A stretch of DNA of 61,828 bases, filler included. It is 4 parts of 4 records of this genome, joined end to end, with 100 filler letters (N's around TTAATTAATTAA, not from the genome) between each part and the next. Parts side by side here need not be neighbours in the genome. Positions count along the whole stretch, not along the records: positions 1 to 24,435 come from DRR723986_3150; positions 24,536 to 37,342 come from DRR723986_3153; 2 more parts are not named here. One strand, given 5' to 3'. The notes beneath the pieces were generated by a model. It was not told where the DNA came from and made no database searches. It worked only from the letters and a program-made list of their open reading frames with translations. Each line of letters opens with the position of its first letter. Position 1 is the stretch's first letter. The translations under genes and the position numbers were made by a program. Of this stretch, positions 21,736 through 31,489 are shown one piece after another.

Positions 21736-22656
21736 CTATTGCACTGCTTTTTCTGCCAGCTTCTGCTTGATCGCCAGAAAGTCACGCCAGGACAATCGCT
21801 TCTCAAGCGGACTGCGTAAAAGATACGCCGGATGATAAGTGGCGATAGCCGAGATTTCCCTGCCCTTGCAGGGATAGGTCATCCAGCGCCCGCGCATCTT
21901 GCGGATGCCGTCCTGTACCCCGAGCAGGGTCTTGGCGGATGCCGCACCGAGAAAGACGAGCACGTCCGGATTGACCAGTTCGATCTGGCGCAGAATGAAC
22001 GGCTTGCAGATCTCGGTTTCCTGCGGTGTCGGCGTCCGGTTGCCAGGTGGCCGCCAGGGAACCACGTTGGCGATATAGGCCGATGAGCGATCCAGACCGA
22101 TCGCACCCAGCATTCTGTCCAGCAATTGGCCGGACCGGCCAACAAAAGGCAGGCCTTGAAGATCCTCGTCGCGGCCCGGCGCCTCGCCGACAAACATCAG
22201 CTTCGCCTGTGGATTGCCGTCGGCAAACACAAGCTTCTTGGCGGTCAGCTTGAGGTTGCAGCCGTCGAAACCGCCCAGGCAATTGCGCAGTTCCTCGAGA
22301 GTCGGGGCAGATGCCGCCAGATCCCGGGCTGCGGCGATTATCTCCCTGTCGGGCAAGACCGGCGCTTGCCCCGCAACTGCGGGCGGCACGGAAATCGCCT
22401 GGGGAGCGACGGGAGCTGCCGGAACCGGAGAGCCTGTCTGCCCCTGGAAATTGCCTGCCGGGGCCTGTTGCCGGGGCTGCTGAGCAGGCGTGGGGGCTGC
22501 CGCATGCTGACCGGCCAGCGCACGCTGCGCTGCCTGCGCACGCGTCAGCGCTACCCAATCGACGGGTTCGTCCTGAAGAAAACAATCGACACCCGCACCG
22601 GCATAAAAATCCAGCAGGGCTTCAAGGTGTCTCGGGTCGTTCGGGATCTGTTGCAA
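21736..22656 (-). CDS. Uracil-DNA glycosylase family 4
   Basis: GEAPG, FVGRSG, RPPGNRTP and TYHPAYLLR; TTG start at 22656 after GGAGG. Confidence 0.93.
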   Translation of the reverse strand: MQQIPNDPRHLEALLDFYAGAGVDCFLQDEPVDWVALTRAQAAQRALAGQHAAAPTPAQQPRQQAPAGNFQGQTGSPVPAAPVAPQAISVPPAVAGQAPVLPDREIIAAARDLAASAPTLEELRNCLGGFDGCNLKLTAKKLVFADGNPQAKLMFVGEAPGRDEDLQGLPFVGRSGQLLDRMLGAIGLDRSSAYIANVVPWRPPGNRTPTPQETEICKPFILRQIELVNPDVLVFLGAASAKTLLGVQDGIRKMRGRWMTYPCKGREISAIATYHPAYLLRSPLEKRLSWRDFLAIKQKLAEKAVQ

Positions 22657-22785
22657 GAGGCTGCCTCCGGCGCGGAGTTTAACCGCCCCGATCATTTCTA
22701 CAAGCTTGCAGCGCCAGACCACCTTCAATCCGGCCGGTTTTCCAAAGCCTGTGTACATTTTCGAAACTGTCGGCAATGCGCTCGA

Positions 22786-22807
22786 ATTACGTTTACGTAA
22801 ACGTTAA
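22786..22807. promoter_or_regulatory. Overlapping LiuR-like boxes upstream of the ETF-QO gene
   Basis: ATTACGTTTACGTAAA and TTTACGTAAACGTTAA each differ by one base from TTTACGTwwACGTAAA. They contain a perfect 16-bp palindrome (22789-22804) just before TTGACG at 22816. Confidence 0.65.
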
Positions 22808-23076
22808 CTAAGCACTTGACGCCCTGCGCCTGCTTTGGTCTATCTGATGCCCAACTGAAGGAATAGCGGCGAAATTTCGCAATTGCCGATGAAAAATGTC
22901 GTGTTTTGCGCTGCAAAATGGGGCAAATAGGCGGTAAGGGCTAATAGGCGCTGCTTCCGAACGGACGCAGGTAAGTTGCTCTAACAATTGGGCATCAGCC
23001 GTTATCCATACGCTGGTTCACTTGATTTGAGCACCTGGCGGCGCAGAAGTTGCCCTTTGGGCGGAGGGAGAAAAAG

Positions 23077-24435
23077 ATGAGCGAACAAGAAGCGCTTGGC
23101 GAACGCGAAAGCATGGATGTGGATGTTGTGATCGTAGGCGCAGGGCCTGCCGGTCTTGCAGCTGCGATCCGGCTGAAACAGATCGCCAACGACAAGGGCG
23201 AAGAGCTGAGCGTTGTCGTACTGGAAAAAGGATCCGAGGTCGGCGCGCATATTCTCTCCGGCGCCGTGATTGATCCGATCGCTCTCGACAAGCTGCTCCC
23301 GGAATGGCGCGAAGAAGACACGCCGATCAAGACGGCGGTTACCGACGACCACTTCCTCGTGCTGGGGCCGGCAGGTTCCATGCGGTTGCCGAACATGTTC
23401 ATGCCGAAACTCATGAACAACCACGGCAATTACATCGTCTCGCTTGGCAATGTCTGCCGCTGGCTGGCCGAAAAGGCTGAAGCGCTCGGCGTTGAAATCT
23501 ACCCGGGCTTTGCGGCTGCCGAGATCCTCTATGACGACAATGGCAACGTGGTTGGTGTTGCGACGGGCGACATGGGCATCGGCCGGGATGGCAAACCCAA
23601 TGCCATGTTCACGCGCGGCATGGAGCTGCGCGGCAAATACACCCTGATCGGTGAAGGCGCGCGTGGCTCTCTGGCCAAGCAGCTGATCGAGAAATTCGAC
23701 CTCGACAAGGACAGCGACGTGCCGAAATTCGGCATCGGCATCAAGGAGCTGTGGCAGATCGACCCGGAGAAGCACCGGCTTGGCCTGGTACAGCATTCCT
23801 TCGGCTGGCCGCTTGACGGCAAGACCGGTGGCGGCTCGTTCCTCTATCACCTGGAAGACAACCAGGTCGCTGTCGGCTTCGTGGTTCACCTCAACTACGA
23901 GAATCCCTGGCTGTCGCCCTTTGACGAGTTCCAGCGTTTCAAGACGCACCCGGCGATCCGTGACACCTTCGAAGGCGGCAAGCGCATTTCCTATGGTGCC
24001 CGTGCCATTACGGAAGGCGGTTTCCAGTCCGTGCCGAAACTCTCGTTCCCCGGCGGTCTGCTGATGGGTTGTTCCGCAGGCTTCGTCAACGTGCCGCGGA
24101 TCAAGGGCTCCCACAATGCCATGCTGTCCGGCATGCTGGCGGCAGAAGAAGTCATGGCCGCAATCGGCCGCGGCGAAGCACACAACGAGCTGGCCAATTA
24201 CGACACAGCCTGGCGCGAAAGCCCGATCGGCAAGGATCTCTGGCGCGTGCGCAACGCAAAGCCGCTGTGGTCCAAATTCGGCACCGCTATCGGTGTTGCC
24301 CTCGGCGGTCTCGACATGTGGACCAACGAGCTGTTCGGCTTCTCCTTCTTCGGCACCATGAAACACGGCAAGAAGGACGCCGACACCCTGAAACCGGCCA
24401 AGGACTGCAAGAAGATCGACTATCCGAAGCCGGAT
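23077..24435 (+). CDS. etfD: Electron transfer flavoprotein-ubiquinone oxidoreductase (3'-truncated by linker)
   Basis: VGAGPAGL, EKGSEVGAHILSGA, GIKELW, YGARAITEGG, RIKGSHNAM and IDYPKPD. Confidence 0.96.
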
Positions 24436-24535
24436 NNNNNNNNNNNNNNNNNNNNNNNNNNNNNNNNNNNNNNNNNNNNTTAATTAATTAANNNNNNNNN
24501 NNNNNNNNNNNNNNNNNNNNNNNNNNNNNNNNNNN
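24436..24535. other. Artificial contig linker
   Basis: 44 N + TTAATTAATTAA (stops in all six frames) + 44 N. Confidence 0.97.
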
Positions 24536-24537
24536 TT

Positions 24538-24651
24538 AACAAAAACATCAAAAAGCCTGAGACCGCAGCGGAGCCGAAGGCGGAGAAAGGGCTCAAAGCG
24601 CTCAGGCAATTAACAAAAAACGCCGACCCACAAATTGCGGACCGGCGTTGA
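24538..24651 (+). CDS. Possible 3' end of an unidentified gene
   Basis: Open frame from the contig edge, NKNIKKPETAAEPKAEKGLKALRQLTKNADPQIADRR*, converging on argS; no recognisable motif. Confidence 0.35.
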   Translation, partial: NKNIKKPETAAEPKAEKGLKALRQLTKNADPQIADRR

Positions 24652-24688
24652 AATAGGAATGTAAACAAACGCAAAAACTGAGCTGTAT

Positions 24689-26335
24689 TTACATGCTTTC
24701 CGGAGCAGAAATCCCCAGAATCGTTAAACCATTTTTCATGACGGTCTGTGTTAACGCTGAGAGCGCTAAACGTGCCTGTGCCAGTTCCGGTGTGTCGGCA
24801 CCAAGAATCTGACAGTCGTGATAAAACTTGTGGAAAGCCGAAGCTACTTCGCGCAGGTAGTCGCAGAGGAGAACCGGCTCAAGGGTTTCGGAAGCACGGG
24901 CAACGACATCGCTAAAGCGCAGGATTTCCTTGATCAGATGTAATTCGCGAGTATGTGTTAAAAGAGACCAGTTAACACTTTCGGCTGGCTCCAAATTGTT
25001 TTCGGCGGCCTTAACTCGCAGGGATGCGACCCGCGCGTGAGCATACTGCAGGTACAGTACTGGATTTTTCTCGGTCTGATCCTTGGCCAGAGCCAGGTCA
25101 AACTCAAACTGCGTCTGGTTATTGCGCATAAGGAAGAAGAAGCGCACAATATCGGCACCAGCTTCTTCAATCAAATCATCCAGCGTATGCACCTTGGCAT
25201 TGCGCTTGGACATTTTAACAATTTTGCCGTCGTCAGTTAGAGTTACAAACTGATGAATCAGTGGTGTAATTTTACTGACGTCATAGTTTAAGATTTCGCA
25301 GGCTTTAACGATGTCCGGCACTGTAGCCGCGTGATCCGAGCCCAGCACGTCTATGATCCAGTCAAAACCGCGCTCAAATTTATCAATGTGATAGGCTATA
25401 TCGGGCAAACGATAAGTTGGCTCGCCGGTAGATTTGATTAACACGCGATCTTTGTCCATTCCCAGTTTTTCAGTTGCAAACCAGGTGGCACCTTCTTTTT
25501 CGTAAATATATCCTTTGTCGCGTAAGCGCTCCAGGGCTGCCGTTACAAAACCATCGCGATGCAAATTCTGTTCGTTAACAAATGTGGTGTGATGCACCTT
25601 CATGTTTTTCATGGTTTCGACAATGCTCGAAAAGCAAAACTCTTCGGCACAGGCGCGGATTTGCTTCTGATTGGCGTCGTTAACTATCGCGAGAGAGTTG
25701 CCGTAGGAGCGTATGATTTGGCTGGCAATCTCTTTTATGTAGTCGCCATGGTAACCGTCTTCCGGAAATGGGAAGTCGGCTTGCCCCAGCTCTTGCATGT
25801 AACGGGCATAGGTTGAGTCGGTTAACTTCTTCATCTGGTTGCCGGCATTGTTGAAGTAGTACTCACGCGTTACTTCATAGCCGTTCCAATCCAGGATGTT
25901 GGCGACAGTATCACCAATTGCGGCATTACGTCCATGGCCCAGATGCAGAAACCCGGTTGGGTTGGCACTCACGTATTCCACGTTAACTTTTATGCCGGCA
26001 CCTTTGCTGGTTGTACCAACTTTTTCGGGCTCCAGAGCTGCGATTTCGGCTGCGCGTTCGTGAAAAAAGCGCGGGCTGAACCCAAAGTTAATAAAACCCG
26101 GACCGGCAATTTCCACCTTGGGAACAATTTCGGGATCCAGATTCAATTTCTCGATCAGGGTTTCGGCAAGTTTGCGTGGCGCTTGTTTAAGCTGACGAGC
26201 AAGCGTCATGGCCAGGTTGGTGGATAAGTCTCCGTGCTCGGGATTGCGCGGCAATTCCAAAACGATATTGATGTCACCTTCGGCCCCCATGGCCTGCACG
26301 GCTTGCAGGAGGCGCGGTTCTAAATAGGCTTTCAT
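24689..26335 (-). CDS. argS: Arginine--tRNA ligase
   Basis: HGDLSTN, AGPGFINF, EYVSANPTGFLHLGH (HIGH), KMSKR and YLQYAHAR. Confidence 0.97.
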   Translation of the reverse strand: MKAYLEPRLLQAVQAMGAEGDINIVLELPRNPEHGDLSTNLAMTLARQLKQAPRKLAETLIEKLNLDPEIVPKVEIAGPGFINFGFSPRFFHERAAEIAALEPEKVGTTSKGAGIKVNVEYVSANPTGFLHLGHGRNAAIGDTVANILDWNGYEVTREYYFNNAGNQMKKLTDSTYARYMQELGQADFPFPEDGYHGDYIKEIASQIIRSYGNSLAIVNDANQKQIRACAEEFCFSSIVETMKNMKVHHTTFVNEQNLHRDGFVTAALERLRDKGYIYEKEGATWFATEKLGMDKDRVLIKSTGEPTYRLPDIAYHIDKFERGFDWIIDVLGSDHAATVPDIVKACEILNYDVSKITPLIHQFVTLTDDGKIVKMSKRNAKVHTLDDLIEEAGADIVRFFFLMRNNQTQFEFDLALAKDQTEKNPVLYLQYAHARVASLRVKAAENNLEPAESVNWSLLTHTRELHLIKEILRFSDVVARASETLEPVLLCDYLREVASAFHKFYHDCQILGADTPELAQARLALSALTQTVMKNGLTILGISAPESM

Positions 26336-26424
26336 GCGAACTCTACCGAGTAAAATTCATTTAAAATTATGATCCGATGCATGTGGATACACACATCGGA
26401 TAATATCAGCTTATGCAAATCTAA

Positions 26425-28002
26425 CTATTTAAACATCAAAGTGCGGACACTTTCCTCAAAGACGCTTTTATAACTGTCGAAATCTTGCTCTGGCGCCTCG
26501 TATGTGGCGATGACCAGATTCTTGGTGTTCGCCAGTATTAACTGTACCAGGCGAACTGGTTTTGTCGTTGGCAGATGCTGAAATTTGATGTCGCGACGCA
26601 CGCCGGAGTACTGACCAACTTTTATGCGTGATTCCTTAAGCACTTTATTCGCGACGACGCTATCCTGATCGACATTCTGCACAAGTTGTGTACCAAATTC
26701 GAGGATTTTCTGCTGTGGATTGGATGGCTCGGTCAGCTCTACATCACGAAGTAAAGCCAGATTTAAACCAACTATTAGCGGCTTCCGTTCTTCCCCACCC
26801 ACTTCGGTCTCTGAGATAGTGAAGTAGGTTGTATTACCGGACTCGGCCGTACTCGTGTACCAACTTTCGGGCAGGCGTACGGCAAAGTCGCCGCTGGAGT
26901 GCTCAAAAGTTGCCATTGGGTCTGGCGGTGCGTTGAGGCCGAGTTCACGCATGCGCTGACGAACTTTCACTTTGGCCGGCACATCAAATTTGCCGGAATT
27001 AAGACATGCCAGCAGATCCTGCTCCGCTCCTTTGAGGTCACCTTTGGCGGCTTTGGCATCTGCCCTGTGGAAGAGAGCATACGCAGCTTTGGGCTCGCGT
27101 TTCATGAATTCTGTAAGGTCCGAAATTGCAGCATCGTACTCTTCCAGATGGTAGTACGCCAGGGCGCGGTTGAAGTACAGCTGCGGATCATTAAATCCTG
27201 CGATGGCCAAGGCGTTAAAATCAATCAGTCCCTGACGGTACTGCTTGATATCCATGTATGCATTCGCGCGTGAATACATTGCATCCCAGGCACGCGGAGT
27301 CAGCCCAAGCACTTTTGTGAAGTCACTGATGGCCGCGTTGTAATTGGAAAGCATGTATTGTGCGTTGGCACGGTTAAAATAGGCGTCGGAGTTATTCGGG
27401 TTGGCTTCTACGGCCAGGGTATAGTCTTTGATGGCACCGTCATAATTGCCCATATCGTAAAAAGCATCACCGCGCCGCACTAGAATTTCGGTGTCGTCCG
27501 GGCGCAGCTTGAGGGCGCGATTGAAGTCGACAATCCCCTGGTAAAAACGACCGGAGGCAACGTTCGCCATGCCGCGTAAAACCAGTGCATTATCTTCATC
27601 AGGCTGATGTTTTAGTATATCATCCAGATCAAAGATCGCTTCATCAAACGACTGATTCTCCACGTAGGCCAAAGCGCGGTTGAACAGTATATGTGCATCA
27701 CCGCGGCGCAGATCCAGAGCACTTGAGTAATCCTGAATTGCCTTCGGAAACTGTCGAAGTCCAACCAGTGCGTTGGCGCGCCGGACATACAGATCCGGGT
27801 CGCTGGTGTCAATCTGGAGCGCACGCGAGTACAAGTCTACAGCACCAGCATAATTCTGCGAACGCACGGCATTATCGCCCTGATTAATCAATTCCGCATA
27901 TGTTTGACCAAAAACCGTAGCCGGCAGAGCCAGCGGCGCAATGATAAGCGCCAGAAACAGAATTATTGAGCCAGTCACGCGAACAGGAAGAGTACTCATC
28001 AT
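26425..28002 (-). CDS. Exported tetratricopeptide-repeat protein with a C-terminal globular domain
   Basis: Signal/TM segment and roughly nine 34-aa TPR units (e.g. AYFNRANAQY...YNAAISDF). Confidence 0.88.
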   Translation of the reverse strand: MMSTLPVRVTGSIILFLALIIAPLALPATVFGQTYAELINQGDNAVRSQNYAGAVDLYSRALQIDTSDPDLYVRRANALVGLRQFPKAIQDYSSALDLRRGDAHILFNRALAYVENQSFDEAIFDLDDILKHQPDEDNALVLRGMANVASGRFYQGIVDFNRALKLRPDDTEILVRRGDAFYDMGNYDGAIKDYTLAVEANPNNSDAYFNRANAQYMLSNYNAAISDFTKVLGLTPRAWDAMYSRANAYMDIKQYRQGLIDFNALAIAGFNDPQLYFNRALAYYHLEEYDAAISDLTEFMKREPKAAYALFHRADAKAAKGDLKGAEQDLLACLNSGKFDVPAKVKVRQRMRELGLNAPPDPMATFEHSSGDFAVRLPESWYTSTAESGNTTYFTISETEVGGEERKPLIVGLNLALLRDVELTEPSNPQQKILEFGTQLVQNVDQDSVVANKVLKESRIKVGQYSGVRRDIKFQHLPTTKPVRLVQLILANTKNLVIATYEAPEQDFDSYKSVFEESVRTLMFK

Positions 28003-28337
28003 ATCCCGAAGTATCGTTTAGTCTAAAATGCCGGACACAGAAATCGCCACATTCAAATAACGAACAGAGCAATGAATCATTGAAACTGACCGGGAATCAA
28101 GTGCAATCGGTAAAGCGCAATCAATCTTGAAGCGACCGTTGCATTCAATTATCGGCCGATTGCCGACCAGTTGCCGGCGAGAGAACACCGGTATATAACT
28201 GCCGTTACATGCAGCTCCTACGAAGGTAACCCGCTCAGTTAGGAAAACAGGAGTTCAGCCAAAGAGTCGTGCATGCGGAGTTAGGCCGTCACAGCCGCGG
28301 ACGCGCAGCTGCATATTAAAAGTACACGTCTTTGGTT

Positions 28338-28739
28338 CTAGGCATTCGCGCCAGATTCAGACTCGCCAGATTCAGACCCGTTTACGTCCGCAGCGGCGCA
28401 CAAATGTTCCAGAAGGTCATCCAGTTTGTCGTGCGCAAGTATATGCGCGACGCCGGCGTTACGCGCGCGGCGCAGCATTTCGGCATGTGTGGCGGGCGCT
28501 ATACCAATTGTTGAAAGCGGACCAACCAGGCGCAACTCCGCGACGGCATCGCTAAGCTCATATGCACGGGCGGAAAGATCAAGCCAGACCAGATTTATGT
28601 CTGCGTCTAAATCCTGCAGCGCATCAGACACTGAAACTGCAGACTGCACGGCCAGCCCGCGCGCGGCAATCTTGTCATGCAAATGTTTACGGCTGAAGTC
28701 ATTTTCGACTATCAGCAGGATATGCGGTTTAGAGTCCAT
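28338..28739 (-). CDS. Stand-alone receiver-like (pseudo-receiver) protein
   Basis: ILLIVEND, LVWLDL and ARNAGVAHIL follow the CheY pattern, but the conserved Thr/Ser and Lys are missing. Overlaps the upstream gene's stop. Confidence 0.65.
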   Translation of the reverse strand: MDSKPHILLIVENDFSRKHLHDKIAARGLAVQSAVSVSDALQDLDADINLVWLDLSARAYELSDAVAELRLVGPLSTIGIAPATHAEMLRRARNAGVAHILAHDKLDDLLEHLCAAADVNGSESGESESGANA

Positions 28740-29625
28740 TGGTCGAAGTCTGCATTTCGTGGAGAGCGTGTTGCAGGGCACCGACTTCCCAGCGGTTTTC
28801 TTTTTTTGAGTAAGCCAGCATCAGGTTGTTCAGCATGCGCGCCACGACGCTGATGTTATTTACAGGAGTCAGCATTTCATCGGCAAAACGCAAACCCTGA
28901 TTTGCCAGGAATTCCTTGCAATCGCGACGTGAGAGAAAAACACCTTTGCTGTACGCATCGATATAAATGTTAAGGTCGGCGTTGTAGACCACAAAGTGCG
29001 CCGGCATGCCAATGCCTTGAATGTCAATGCCACAGCGCTCGGCCACAAGCATGTAGAGCACCGCCAGCGAAATCGGAATACCTTCGCGACATTGCAACAT
29101 GGTGTGGATAAAAGAATTCCGCGGCTGATAGTAATCATTATCAGCAGCGCGGAATTTTTCTTCATCAAACAAGACGTGGTTAAGGCTCAATACCAGGTTG
29201 AGCTCATTTTGAATGCGGTTGGCGATAAACACTTCGTGGACGCGTAGTGCAAGCCTGTCGAGCTCTTTGGCAATCAGCACCGGGTCCGTATCAAGCGTAC
29301 CGAAGGACGAGATATGGATGAACGCCTGCTCCAGGTTGATATCGCGACGTTGATGTGCCGCACGGCGGACTTCCTGTACAAGCGCTTCCAAACCTTCCAG
29401 CCGGAAACGCTGCAGAACTGCCTGTATGTTCACATGTGCCTGCTGCTCGCGATTCTCAGCACGGAGTTTGTAGAGCGCCGGGAGAATAGCAATGCCATAG
29501 CTGTACAGCCTGTCACGCACCGGGAACATAACGGCAGGGTCACCGTCATCGATCAATGCAGCTATCGCGGCAAATTCGTCGGGGTTAACCGAAGCAGGCA
29601 GTAATGTGTCGATCGTTGAATACAT
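28729..29625 (-). CDS. SirB1/YchA-like transglutaminase-core protein
   Basis: DYYQPRNSF, GIPISLAVLY, GIGMPAHF, YIDAY and RMLNNL. Confidence 0.88.
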   Translation of the reverse strand: MYSTIDTLLPASVNPDEFAAIAALIDDGDPAVMFPVRDRLYSYGIAILPALYKLRAENREQQAHVNIQAVLQRFRLEGLEALVQEVRRAAHQRRDINLEQAFIHISSFGTLDTDPVLIAKELDRLALRVHEVFIANRIQNELNLVLSLNHVLFDEEKFRAADNDYYQPRNSFIHTMLQCREGIPISLAVLYMLVAERCGIDIQGIGMPAHFVVYNADLNIYIDAYSKGVFLSRRDCKEFLANQGLRFADEMLTPVNNISVVARMLNNLMLAYSKKENRWEVGALQHALHEMQTSTNGL

Positions 29626-29696
29626 ATACCCTGTCTGAATGCATTTCGTCGCCAACACGTGCGAATCTCGTCACGCGGAACAATTATCGTAAATAA

Positions 29697-30599
29697 TCAT
29701 TTACCTGGAGCGCTGTGTAAATGATACTCTGAAGGCAGCGAATCGACGATGAGTTCGAAGGCTTCCTGCGGGTCGTCCACAATTTGGAAGAGGTCCAGGT
29801 CCTCGCGTGAAATCATGCCAAAGTCGGCCAGTGCCTTAAAGTTGAAAATCTTATTCCAGAATTTAGTACCAATCAGAATGATCGGAATTTTCTTAACGAT
29901 CTTGCCGGTCTGTACCAGCGTTAGCAGCTCAAACAGCTCATCCATCGTTCCAAAACCGCCTGGAAACACCAACATGGCTTTGGCAAGATAGAGGAACCAA
30001 TATTTGCGCATGAAGAAGTAGTGGAACTCAAAGTTAAGCTCGGGGCTAATATAACCGTTCGGCGCCTGCTCAAACGGAAGTGAGATATTGAGCCCAACAT
30101 TTTTACCGCCGGCTTCATACGCGCCGCGATTGGCAGCTTCCATGATTCCGGGTCCGCCACCGGAACAAACGTAAATGCGTTTGCCATCACGGAATTGCAG
30201 CGACCATTCGGTTAAGAGACGCGCCAGTTCCACAGCGGTCTGATAATACTCAGAGTACACTTCTGCAATGTCAATTTCTTTCTTGAGAGCTTTGAGTGCC
30301 GCTTTGTCCTTTGCGCCGGAAGCAGCAGCTTTGCGAATGTCGTAGTCTGCACGACGGCGTTCCAGGCGCTCAGGCGAAAGAATGCGTGCCGAGCCAAAGA
30401 AGATGGCCGTGTGATGCACGCGATGTTTTTGAAAGGTTTCCTGTGGTTGTAAATACTCTGATAGGATGCGCAACGGACGCGCGGCTTTTCTGTTAATAAA
30501 TTCCAGGTCTTTGTACGCTTTTGGTGAGCGCTCCTGCGCCTCCAGATACTCGTCCGTCGCTTCGCTTACACTGGTTTTTGCCTTTTTTCGCGGTTTCAT
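29697..30599 (-). CDS. LOG/TIGR00730 family nucleotide-binding protein
   Basis: FFGSAR, SGGGPGIMEAANRGA, GLNISLPFEQ, FHYFFMRK and PGGFGTMDE. Confidence 0.93.
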   Translation of the reverse strand: MKPRKKAKTSVSEATDEYLEAQERSPKAYKDLEFINRKAARPLRILSEYLQPQETFQKHRVHHTAIFFGSARILSPERLERRRADYDIRKAAASGAKDKAALKALKKEIDIAEVYSEYYQTAVELARLLTEWSLQFRDGKRIYVCSGGGPGIMEAANRGAYEAGGKNVGLNISLPFEQAPNGYISPELNFEFHYFFMRKYWFLYLAKAMLVFPGGFGTMDELFELLTLVQTGKIVKKIPIILIGTKFWNKIFNFKALADFGMISREDLDLFQIVDDPQEAFELIVDSLPSEYHLHSAPGK

Positions 30600-30697
30600 A
30601 CTTCACCTAATTTCCTCTGTATCTTGACGTTGAAACCTGCAATCCCCAGGCAGACGTGAAAATACGATAATATCTGTTCAAAAATTTGCGGCGGAGT

Positions 30698-31435
30698 TCA
30701 AACTCCGCGCGCCAGTCGATAACCACCATCTACGGCAATCACCTGTCCTGTTATATAACGCGAGGAAACGGCAAAAAATTTAACTGCGTCGAACAAATCA
30801 TCTACAGAACCCTTCCGACGCATTGGGAATCGGCTGTCTTTTATCTTCATCGTTGTGTCCGCTTCATCCCCCGGCACAACGATTAAACCGGGCGCAACCA
30901 CGTTGACACTTACGGCCGGGGCCAACTCCAGGGCCAGGCCGCGCATCGCATGTGTCAATGCGGCTTTGGAGGCGTGATATGGCAGGCGGCCGCGCCAAAC
31001 TTCTTCGGCACCAAGCGATCCGAGCGTCACTATACGGCCTTCGCCATCTGGTCCAATCAGGCGCGCAAATTCCTGCGAACATTCAATTGCAGCATAGAGA
31101 TTAATGCGCATATATTCTTCAAGGTCGGCACGCTGTAACTCTTCGATTGGCTGCGCTGTGGGAAACAAGCCGGCATTGTTGACCAGAACATCCAGGCTTC
31201 CAAAATGCTGCCAAGCATCGGCAATCAATGTACGCCCCTGCCCTTCCTGACTCAAATCGGCCTGGAAAGCCGCAGCACGGCCCGGCTTAGAAGCATTGAT
31301 ATGCTTTACCAGCGCCTCAGCTCCCGCAGCGGAACTGCGGTAATGGACGGCCACATTCCAGCCCAGAGCCCCAAATCGCTCAGCCAATCCACGCCCCAGT
31401 CTGCGTCCGGATCCAGTGATCAATACTGTTGGCAT
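30698..31435 (-). CDS. SDR oxidoreductase, pteridine reductase/FolM-like
   Basis: TGSGRRLG, AVHYRSS, LVNNAG and YHASK; the GxxRR(L/I)G variant is typical of the PTR1/FolM group. Confidence 0.85.
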   Translation of the reverse strand: MPTVLITGSGRRLGRGLAERFGALGWNVAVHYRSSAAGAEALVKHINASKPGRAAAFQADLSQEGQGRTLIADAWQHFGSLDVLVNNAGLFPTAQPIEELQRADLEEYMRINLYAAIECSQEFARLIGPDGEGRIVTLGSLGAEEVWRGRLPYHASKAALTHAMRGLALELAPAVSVNVVAPGLIVVPGDEADTTMKIKDSRFPMRRKGSVDDLFDAVKFFAVSSRYITGQVIAVDGGYRLARGV

Positions 31436-31489
31436 GCTGGACTCCGCTGCTGTAATGCGGTACTTCGCGAACTGCTGTCCGCGCGTACA

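Noticed and set aside
23002-24366. 454-aa minus-strand ORF
   Set aside because: Antisense shadow of etfD.
24480-24491. TTAATTAATTAA as a recurring regulatory or attachment site
   Set aside because: It is embedded in N runs of identical length three times; an artificial linker.
28209-28314. Possible ncRNA closed by ATGCAGCT/AGCTGCAT
   Set aside because: Only an 8-bp closing stem, with no convincing inner structure, terminator or family motif; would need a covariance search.
28349-28378. 15-bp tandem duplication
   Set aside because: Two in-frame copies encoding a low-complexity SESG tail; not an array.
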